From: Trichomonas gallinae
Taxonomy: Eukaryota
Assembly (NCBI GenBank): GCA_008369845.1
Contig: MRSU01011698.1
Coordinates: forward strand, 1-36,239
Direction of reading: 5' to 3'
DNA length: 36,239 bases
The notes beneath the pieces were generated by a model that ran no database searches, was not told the DNA's origin, and worked only from the letters and a program-made list of their open reading frames with translations. The position numbers and the translations under genes were made by a program. Every line of letters starts with the position of its first letter. Within the stretch, counting starts at the first letter, position 1. Shown one piece after another: positions 10,801-19,427 of this stretch.

Positions 10801-11520
10801 TCGCCAAACGTTTTGCCGCAATGCTCACCACAAAGAGCTCCACCATCATCGACTGGCCATGATGCTGCAGCCTTCATGACATCGTTCAACTACTTCGACA
10901 TTCTTGAGTCTCAGAGAGTTCTGCCATCAATTTCACCTCAATCGGCCGCAAAGATGCAAAACTTAGACAGCCAGTCATTCAGACACACAATATTCGCAAG
11001 ATTTGCCAATCTGTCTGCAAACTTAACAAACAGCGACTGCTTCGAGGACTTCAAGCGCGGACTAGGCTTCCCGACACAGAACGGCGACATTGTAAACACT
11101 ACATATGGCCACAATGTCGTCTTCACGAATGAGAGATCGATTGGCGCAGCGATTGTTGTTTGGGCTGAGAAGATGACTAAGGCTGAACTCGTGCAAACAT
11201 TCAGTGCAGAGAACACATTGAGGATCGAAATTATTCCGACACACAGTGGTTTGTTTGATGTCAGAACTACAGCATCAATCAAGCTTAATGATGATATTGT
11301 TCAGATGAAGCGCGCATTCGTGACAAAGAGATCATTACCATTATTCGTGATCTCTCAGATAATGTCGTCTGTCCACACAATACAGATAAAGGAGAACAAC
11401 GCCCACGAGCCTTTTGTAACTAATGGAAATCTTATCAGAGAGATGAAGAACTCAGAATTCCACTCTCATCCAATAATGCTGCTGTGTCCTAAGAAGATAC
11501 TTCAGGAAGTGCAGCAGTAA
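7813..11520 (+). CDS. RalGAP alpha-subunit-like protein with degenerate Rap-GAP domain, 1235 aa
   Basis: The ORF track starts at TTG 7798, but the first ATG is at 7813, after the Inr. [25 protein letters not shown] resembles RalGAP-alpha [34 protein letters not shown]...[11 protein letters not shown]...IVVWAE resembles LRNLDSRQCRETHK...YEDFVAGLGW...HIVWSE. The stop TAA is embedded in TAAA. Confidence 0.65.
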   Translation: [1235 protein letters not shown]

Positions 11521-12001
11521 AAATAATATTAAGTGTAATTAAAATGGAAACTTTTATGTCAAATGATTTTTTATTTTCGATTCCTATATTAGTTATAGAT
11601 AAACCAGTGTTGCTTTAAATATAATAGAGTAGGTTTGTATATGCAAATCTCAATATAAGGAAGCTATAAGTCATTTTGTTTATTAAGGAGCAAAAATTAT
11701 TAAAAACGTATTTTTTGGAACACAAAATTTTGAAAGAACTCATAGAAATATTGTATGTGTTTCCTCAAATGATTGTCAAAATTTTTTGTTATTATTTCTA
11801 TGCGAGAACAGTTATAAATCATTATATATAGACCAAAATTGTCAATAATCATCAATCAATTCTTAATTTTTAATGATGAAATTAAAATCGTGATTAAATT
11901 TTGCTATATTTCGTCAGTTAAGTTATATATTGTTTATATTTGAGGTTTTGCTGCGTGTTTTGATATATAATTTTGGTTTTTGAAGTTAAAAATTTTAAAA
12001 G

Positions 12002-12562
12002 ATGCATAAGACTTCTTCACCACAAATTGGAGAAGCTCCTTGTCGCCGAAATAAAAGAGAGGAATACCTCAGGAAATACAAAAATTGGGGTGCTAGGCCT
12101 GTAGAGCGTTCTTTGCAAAAAACCGGAATTCAAGAATTGGAGCCTTATCAAGAAAGACCCCGAAAAAGTGTTCCACACTACATAACAGGATCAAATTCAG
12201 TTCAGAAACCTATACAAACAGAAGAATCAAATCAAAATGTCATGACCGTTATTAGATTAGGCGACCCAACAGTTGTTTTGATTGATCGCCAGTGTCGTAC
12301 GCCAACAATTCCATCACGTCTCAAGATTAAATCTCCGACAAAACCAAGAGTTCACAACACTACTCGAAATTACGACCAATCGAAGTCACTTTCGTGGAAA
12401 TACTACGGAGAAGTTGATAATGTCATGGGCTGTTTAACAGAACACATTCGTGTTCGGCAAACTCCTAGAATTTATGCTAAGACTGCCCTATTTTCATCTA
12501 GGAACACCTCGCTTCTGACAACACCTACAAATAGTTCTTCTAGATTTCAATCAACATATTAG
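12002..12562 (+). CDS. Hypothetical basic, S/T/P-rich protein, 186 aa
   Basis: ATG-to-stop ORF with coding-like GC between very AT-rich flanks. No recognisable domain. Confidence 0.75.
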   Translation: MHKTSSPQIGEAPCRRNKREEYLRKYKNWGARPVERSLQKTGIQELEPYQERPRKSVPHYITGSNSVQKPIQTEESNQNVMTVIRLGDPTVVLIDRQCRTPTIPSRLKIKSPTKPRVHNTTRNYDQSKSLSWKYYGEVDNVMGCLTEHIRVRQTPRIYAKTALFSSRNTSLLTTPTNSSSRFQSTY

Positions 12563-13347
12563 AAATGAAATTAATTTTATTTCGAAATATTCCAAATCAT
12601 TCGAGGTTTTAATAAAGTTATTCACACTTTTACAAAAGATAACTTTATTAATAGCCATGTTATGCAGTCAAGAAATACAAAATTAATAATATACGAAAAT
12701 TAGAGAGAAAATATAAAAGAAACAAACCGAAAAATAGTAATACATAGATATCATGCCCTCATTTTATCAATATTAAGATTCGATATTGATTTCCAAAAAC
12801 TTTTTTTGTAACTATGTATTTTAGCTAGATTTTACATCTGTCATTATATAATACGCTTTTCAGTATTTTTCATCTTTACCATGTAATAAAATTTTTGATT
12901 TTGATAATATGAAATTTTTAAGTATCACATACTACGGCTGATATCTATTCGCAATAAATGTCAAAATCCACTAACATTTTTTGCTCGTATCAAAAAAATA
13001 AAAATAATTTCTTCTATCTGCGCAAAATGAGATAACATAATGTATTTCGTATAAATAATGATATACGCACAAAAAATTGAAATTAAACTAGCTTTTGTCA
13101 CGATTATTTAGAAAAATAGTTTTTTCTCGAAAATTCTTCGTTTAATCTCGGATCCTAATTAGCTATATCAAATTCACATAGTTATCAGAAAAATACCAAT
13201 TCATTGCATAGCATAATGAAAATGAGATTTTTTTTTTTATACATGAAAAATTGAATGTTTATTTCAAACAATTGTAATGATTCAATAAATACAAGCAAAG
13301 TTCCAAGAAATATCCTACGCCTTTCATTTTATTTTTCCTGGAGAGTT

Positions 13348-14637
13348 TTAGAAATCAAGTTGAATGTTATGATGACGAGCAACTTTCCTATAGTCCCATA
13401 AATATACATCATTATCATTAGACACTGGCCATTTCTGATTGTTCACTGCATAAATCATTTTATCAATATATTTCATATTTCGATAAACATCAATCACTGC
13501 TGATTTTTGTGCTTGAGTTTTTGGAAAGTGTAAAAAGTTATCATTCTGGCAATATGTTGTCCATATATCGAGAGATGCTAATGTTCCAAAAACATGTAAA
13601 TCAAACATGTTTGAGCCGATGATAGAAATTCCTGTTTTGGGTTTCATGAAGATTGCATTGATTGGACCAGATCCTGAAGGAACAATGAAATATTTTGCTG
13701 CGGCAAACAATTTAGTTCCAATACTGAAATCTTCCATATCACTATTCTTGATAATGATCCAATTTTCGTCTTGGTATTTATTTTTGACTGCGGTTACAAT
13801 TTCAGGAAAATTGCTGATATGTCTTGCACGGTCTGTTTTTTCTCTGTTGTTGAGTAAGCCAATGCTTAGTTTAATCTCATCCAGTTTCAAATTCTTTCTG
13901 ATCTGCGCTGCTGCACATCTCACACCATACAATTCTGATGATGCATCCCACTCTGGATTGATGACGTGAAGAATTCTGCACGCATATGTTTTGCCTGACT
14001 CAATATTGAGAACTGGGCCGTGTTCGATGCCTAATATATCAATAAATTTCCTAGACAAGTCCATGTTGAATCTTAATGCGAGCATTGATCGCTTTATGAT
14101 GTCTGCAGGGAACGCGAATATGTTTGAGATGATTCCATCATGAATGTGGTGGCCAAACTGTGGCCATGACAGCTGTAGGTAAACTACCTCATTGTAAACA
14201 TCGCCAGAAAATACATACTCCGCGTCGTCTTGGTGATCAAAATAGACTGATTCAAATCGATACTTTTCATCGTAAACACAATATTTGTTGAAGCAAGCAT
14301 ATCCAAGAGTATAATGCATATCGACCTGCCTGACAATGTATTTATTATTTCCTTCTCTTGTGTCGAAACGCACATTACTTGTTAAAAGAATTTTGTTTGA
14401 AATTTCTGGGAGGAAGTTTGTGTATTTATTTATTGATATTAGTCTTGGCGCCTTTTCATATTTTATTCTTGGTAGAAACTTTGGTTTACACTTTAATGGA
14501 AATTTTGGAATTAGATCAAAACCATATGCAATTTTAGGTGATTGTTTTTTTACAAAGTTATTCAACGATATGAAAACTACGATTACTACTGGAACGAACA
14601 ATGACGATGATCTCATTAAAATGCGTTTTTTCACCAT
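13348..14637 (-). CDS. Glycosyltransferase family 61 (DUF563)-like type II membrane protein, 429 aa
   Basis: N-terminal signal anchor (LFVPVVIVVFISL), QFGHHIHD, RARHISNFPEIV and LFAAAKYFIVPSGSGPINAIFMKPKTGISII. The last matches the GT61 pattern F..A..vig.HGAGl.N..F..P...viE. Confidence 0.7.
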   Translation of the reverse strand: MVKKRILMRSSSLFVPVVIVVFISLNNFVKKQSPKIAYGFDLIPKFPLKCKPKFLPRIKYEKAPRLISINKYTNFLPEISNKILLTSNVRFDTREGNNKYIVRQVDMHYTLGYACFNKYCVYDEKYRFESVYFDHQDDAEYVFSGDVYNEVVYLQLSWPQFGHHIHDGIISNIFAFPADIIKRSMLALRFNMDLSRKFIDILGIEHGPVLNIESGKTYACRILHVINPEWDASSELYGVRCAAAQIRKNLKLDEIKLSIGLLNNREKTDRARHISNFPEIVTAVKNKYQDENWIIIKNSDMEDFSIGTKLFAAAKYFIVPSGSGPINAIFMKPKTGISIIGSNMFDLHVFGTLASLDIWTTYCQNDNFLHFPKTQAQKSAVIDVYRNMKYIDKMIYAVNNQKWPVSNDNDVYLWDYRKVARHHNIQLDF

Positions 14638-14819
14638 TTTTTAGTCACTTGAACTAAAAACAGAAAAACTGTGGAAAAAAATTGAATTTTATAAAAACAG
14701 TTTTTATAAATAAATAATTAGATTTAATATTCTTAATAATGATTATGCTGAATCATTATTTTGAGAATTCTTAATAAATAATCCTATTTTTTCTTCACAA
14801 AAATTCAATATTTACACAA

Positions 14820-14866
14820 TTATGAATTATGATTAACAATTTTATGAATTATGATTAACAATTTTA
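14820..14866. repeat. Perfect 22-bp tandem duplication
   Basis: TTATGAATTATGATTAACAATT x2, followed by TTA. Confidence 0.9.
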
Positions 14867-15368
14867 AACATTAATATTCTTTCATATATAATTTTTACAC
14901 TAATTTTCACAAACGTTAAATTTTTTTTTTCAACACAATTGTGGAATAATTTTGAGTGCTCTATCGATTAAAAAAAAGCTCACTTTTCTCAGTAATTACT
15001 TGAAATCTGTTCTATTCTTATCATGGATAGGGTTGCCTAGTTGTAAATGTATATTCGGATAACGTTGAGGAATTTCAAATGATTTTTATCGAAATAAAAA
15101 AAAAAAACAATCCATTCAACAGAGGAATCACAAAGAAGCTGTCATTTTGCACTAAAAAGATCGCATTCTAAAAATGATAGATTATGTAGCGTACGGAAAT
15201 GCTTGGTCAAAAAGTGAATTTCATTTTCCAAAAACGTTACATGGTCAGTATTATTATTATTCAATCAAGTATCCATTATATACCTGAATCTCATATTTAA
15301 AATTATTTAATAACAGATTTTGCTTTAAAATAATATAAAAACAATAAATAAAACAATAACAAATAAAA

Positions 15369-17690
15369 TCAGTTGAGTGATGATTTCGCTTTTTCTGTTT
15401 CGTAGTCTTTGATGACTTTTTGGACGATGTTAGTCAACTGAAGGATCTGATGATATTGAGGGGTTCGACGTTCTGCACGTGCCTGTCGCTCCTGGTCGCG
15501 TCGCTTTAGCAGCAACGCCTTCCTGTTCTTCTCGTAGATAGAAATAATCTGCTCGCTGTTCTGTGACTGTGAAAGCATAGTTTGCTGTTGCTGCTGGACC
15601 AATAACGCTGCCTGTTGCTCGGCTGTCCTTGATGTAATAAGTTTAGGAAGACGGGATGTGACAGCTGGTGTGGACTGCTCTCTGACTGTGGCTGCGCTAG
15701 ATGTATCCGCTGGTTTGACTTGTGACCAGAAAAACAACTCGCCGTCCCACTGCAATGAAACCCATCTGTCACTCTTAGGTGTAGAATAAATTGCTGTGAT
15801 TAAGTCGTTGTGGCCCACAAATATCGCTTTCTCTTCTCTCGTGTTCAGCGAAATCAGTCTTATTGTCTTGTCGTCTGTTGCGATGAGGATCGTGTTGAAT
15901 GCAGCTGGTGCCAAAGCAGTAACAAAACATGGAGACGTCGAGAAAACGAATGTTGCTGCTCCTAAGATATTAGAAGTGTGCCAACCCCTTATATATCCAT
16001 CAGATGACGAGCAGATGATCATGTCTTCCATCTGGGAGAGCACGCAGAACGAAATGGAGCCGAACTGAGAATGATCGATCAGCATGACTTCCTTTATGTC
16101 GTTCTTTGAGACCTGCCACTGCCTCATGTATCCCTTGGAGTCACACGTGTACATCTCGCTAGTGTTCTGGAGTATAACCGCTGCAGTGATTGTGTTCTCG
16201 TGGATTCTTTCTCTTTGTAAAATTTTCTCGAGTTTGTCTTGGCAGTCCCAGTAAGCCATAGACAGTTCGTCGCCCGCGAAAGTGATGGCCTTGGAGTTGA
16301 TCACTAGTATGTGCGAGATTTTGGCGCCTTCCGTGTGTACATTCGATAGATTCCTGATTTCAGACAAGCAAACACTCATAAATGTTCCATTCTTAAAGCC
16401 GACCAAAAGGCAGAGCTCTGGATAAAGAAACTCCATGCATGTTGAGTCTGGCATGCCGAGCATTATATCGGATAGGTATAAATACGTGGAACTTTGGCGT
16501 AATGCGTAAATCGATGAACCACCAACGAAAATGTTGGTTCCTGGTGCAACCATTGAGTTGTTTGGACGCTTGGTGACCGTCTGAACTGAAACAGATCGCT
16601 TCTTATTGTTTGTTACAGGTGTTGGAATCATATCATCCGAGAAAATGAATCCGGAGAATGCGCTAATGCCTTTATCGCGCATCTTATATCTGAATAAGTA
16701 AGCAGAGTTCGACCATTTCCATGAATAAACGTATTTGTGATTCACAATTGCAGTAACGCGTGTATTAAGTCCATCACCGAGGATTACTTCGAAGTTTGCT
16801 TTAGTGGAGCCTGCTTGCGGTAGATCTTTGAACATCTGGAAGTTATCTGAAATATCTGTATTTTGATGCCTTTGATCTATGATGTGAATGTTTCCATCTT
16901 TCGAGGCTATCCACACAAGCTGCATCGCGTCATCCATGTAAATCGATTGCACGCCGCCCAACATATTGTCTGCAATCGAACCTAAATACAAACCTTCAAC
17001 GGAAAACGTCTTAATGGACCCGGTGAGGTCGCCAACGACGAATGACTGCTGTGACATCTCAGCATAAAGAGCAGAAGGCGTTGTAGTTAATTTTGTGACT
17101 ATTTTTGAAACCGTTAAGTCCATTAACTGTGTCGTTGCTACTGTATGGTCATAAGAGCATGAAAACAAGCGTCTCTGGAATCCTGTGAGCTTATGAATAA
17201 TATCATTGTGAATTTTCGCTGTTTGGCGTAAAGTGAACGGACAATTGTCTCCATTCGCGACAAGCTGCGACATTATAGTTGGAGATAACTCGAACGTAAC
17301 GATTTCTCCTAAAAGTCCGATTGCGAGAATTTCGTTTTCTTCGTTAAAGTAGATAGAATATATTGGAGAGGGTGTTTTTGCGTATTTAGACTTTCCTTTG
17401 ATGTGCTGATAACGGTGAACCATCGTCGTTCCATGCCAAGTGATGATACAACCGTCATAGCCGCAAGAAAAAAGCAAATCGTAGCGTGAAGAATATGCAA
17501 AACCGGTAATCTTTCCTGTGTGTCCTTGCTGTTTGAGCCGATCTGGTGGAAGTTTTCTGAATAACGTAGATGTTTGAGTATTCCAGACACGAATTTCGAA
17601 ATCTTCATTGCCAACATACAGATATTTGTCGTACTGAAGGCTTGCCGTTGTGTTGTGAATCGAAAAAGCAGAATCTAATACCCAACTCAT
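15369..17690 (-). CDS. WD40-repeat protein (probably two beta-propellers) with Q-rich/coiled-coil C-terminus, 773 aa
   Basis: GHTGKITGFAYS...LFSCGYDGCIITW, IHNDII...LFSCSYDHTV, IHENTI...TCDSKGYMRQW, CSSSDGYIRGW and GHNDLI...SLQWDGELFFW. Confidence 0.92.
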   Translation of the reverse strand: MSWVLDSAFSIHNTTASLQYDKYLYVGNEDFEIRVWNTQTSTLFRKLPPDRLKQQGHTGKITGFAYSSRYDLLFSCGYDGCIITWHGTTMVHRYQHIKGKSKYAKTPSPIYSIYFNEENEILAIGLLGEIVTFELSPTIMSQLVANGDNCPFTLRQTAKIHNDIIHKLTGFQRRLFSCSYDHTVATTQLMDLTVSKIVTKLTTTPSALYAEMSQQSFVVGDLTGSIKTFSVEGLYLGSIADNMLGGVQSIYMDDAMQLVWIASKDGNIHIIDQRHQNTDISDNFQMFKDLPQAGSTKANFEVILGDGLNTRVTAIVNHKYVYSWKWSNSAYLFRYKMRDKGISAFSGFIFSDDMIPTPVTNNKKRSVSVQTVTKRPNNSMVAPGTNIFVGGSSIYALRQSSTYLYLSDIMLGMPDSTCMEFLYPELCLLVGFKNGTFMSVCLSEIRNLSNVHTEGAKISHILVINSKAITFAGDELSMAYWDCQDKLEKILQRERIHENTITAAVILQNTSEMYTCDSKGYMRQWQVSKNDIKEVMLIDHSQFGSISFCVLSQMEDMIICSSSDGYIRGWHTSNILGAATFVFSTSPCFVTALAPAAFNTILIATDDKTIRLISLNTREEKAIFVGHNDLITAIYSTPKSDRWVSLQWDGELFFWSQVKPADTSSAATVREQSTPAVTSRLPKLITSRTAEQQAALLVQQQQQTMLSQSQNSEQIISIYEKNRKALLLKRRDQERQARAERRTPQYHQILQLTNIVQKVIKDYETEKAKSSLN

Positions 17691-17723
17691 TTATATTATT
17701 AAAAAAACGAACAAATTTATTCA

Positions 17724-17960
17724 TTTGTCATGTAAACACTTTATATGTCATGTAAAACATTTACACGTCGTGTAAACCATATTATGTCGTGTAAAATATA
17801 AATTTGACATGTAAAATAATTGTATGTTGTGTAATTTATTAATTTGTCGTGTAAAATATATATATTTGACATGTAAGATTTTTACGCGTCGTGCAAAAAA
17901 AAAAATACATGAAGTGTAAAATAATAATTTGTCATGTAAAATATTTACTTGTCGAATTAA
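17724..17960. repeat. Phased array of ~12 copies of TTTG(T/A)C(A/G)TGTAAAA, ~20-bp period, directly upstream of the WD40 gene
   Basis: The core G falls at 17727, 17747, 17767, 17786, 17806, 17826, 17846, 17868, 17888, 17911, 17931 and 17951. The linkers differ between copies. Confidence 0.9.
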
Positions 17961-18156
17961 TTTTATCATGCTTTTTAACATGATAAATCTTTTTAATTAC
18001 CTATTAGAAAGACTTTGTTCCATAGAAAATTTTCCCAAAATCGAATTTTTCTTGACGAAATTAAATCATATGATTTTCAAAATCATATCATTTCCTTTTA
18101 TATGTTAAATGTTCATGTAGTTAAAATAACTATGTATCATAATGATAAAATTAAGT

Positions 18157-18987
18157 TTAATTACAATCCGAATTGATAAAGTCTTCACTTTCTTCTTCAT
18201 AGTTTGTATCTTCGTTATCTGGGTAGAGTGTTTCGCCACAATCAACTACCATTTGCGTTCCAGTTACCCCTTTTGAATAATCTGAGAAGAGAAACTCTAT
18301 TGCGTTAGCTACGCCATCAACAGAGACAAGGTGACCAAGAACAGTTGTTTTAACATGTTCTACGTAAAAATCTTGTAATTCTTCTTTTGATCCAAAATAT
18401 TCGTTATGAAACTTTGTGGCAATGAGTCCTGGAGCAACAGCATTAATTCTGATATCCGAACCTAATAATTCGCGAGATTTTTGAATGCAATAATTTGAAA
18501 GAGCAGCTTTTGTTGTGCAATAGCCTGTACCGCATTCTAATGGATGAAAAGAGTTTGTGCTTGATATAAAAACTGAAGAACAAGTTGGTGATAAATTAAC
18601 TGACTCAAAAGTCGTGACAGCAGATAGAAAATTGATATTAATCACCTTCTGTATATCTTTTTTCATCTGAAGATACGATACTTGGTCCATTGTGCCGCAT
18701 GTTCCTGGGCAATACAAGAAATAATCGATTTTGATATCTTTAAATTGATCATATCTTGCTTTAAACTCGCTTATTTCCTTATTTGAAGACAAATCGATGG
18801 TAATTGAATGGAATTTTGTTTGTGAATCTTTATAACTTAAACCTAAAAGATCTAAATTTTTAGCATTACGTCCTGTCATGATAATATTGGATATATTGCA
18901 TTTAACGAGCCTGTTTATCATCTCTCTTCCTATTTCTGAAGTCGCACCGATAATTAGAGCTGACTTGCCAGAACAATCTGCGAGCAT
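18157..18987 (-). CDS. Short-chain dehydrogenase/reductase (SDR), 276 aa
   Basis: ALIIGATSEIG (Rossmann fold), ISS, catalytic YCTTK (YxxxK), IRINAVAPG and GVTGTQMVVDCG. Confidence 0.93.
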   Translation of the reverse strand: MLADCSGKSALIIGATSEIGREMINRLVKCNISNIIMTGRNAKNLDLLGLSYKDSQTKFHSITIDLSSNKEISEFKARYDQFKDIKIDYFLYCPGTCGTMDQVSYLQMKKDIQKVININFLSAVTTFESVNLSPTCSSVFISSTNSFHPLECGTGYCTTKAALSNYCIQKSRELLGSDIRINAVAPGLIATKFHNEYFGSKEELQDFYVEHVKTTVLGHLVSVDGVANAIEFLFSDYSKGVTGTQMVVDCGETLYPDNEDTNYEEESEDFINSDCN

Positions 18988-19427
18988 CTAAAAAAACTAA
19001 TCATCATTTAACGCAAATCAATTCTATATGATAATTGCTGAACGAATATTAACCATAGAAATTGCTTGAAATAGAAATCAAAATTCAAATCTAAGCAATT
19101 TCAGGCATTAATCCCAATAAAATCATTACATATCCATGATTTGTTTGTAATGCACTATGCTCATATAGAGATTGAGCTTGATATTCTATCTCAATCGATT
19201 TATCTCAAAACTTGGATTGAAATAAGCATCAACTCAACAGACAACAACTAAAAACATAGATTTTTATTCTCTAACAACCGCAAAACTTAAAATAAATTTT
19301 CATTTATAATTTCTCATACTTCAAAGCTGATGTTTTAACAAATTAATCATAGGCTTATGTAGAGTAAATATAAGAGTCACTCATATCTATAAAAACATAA
19401 TTTAATTTGAAATAATATTAAAACACT

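Noticed and set aside
15028..15037. TAGGGTTGCC, resembling a hAT terminal repeat
   Set aside because: Only 10 bp, with no inverted partner, TSD or sub-terminal repeats seen.
17724..17960. CRISPR array interpretation of the 20-bp periodic repeats (also 32491-32684)
   Set aside because: The cores are ~14 bp and degenerate and the linkers are only ~6 bp. There are no cas genes and the context is eukaryotic.
17570..17981. ORFs 17570-17755, 17748-17981 and 32359-32580
   Set aside because: They are translations of, or overlaps with, the repeat arrays and neighbouring genes.
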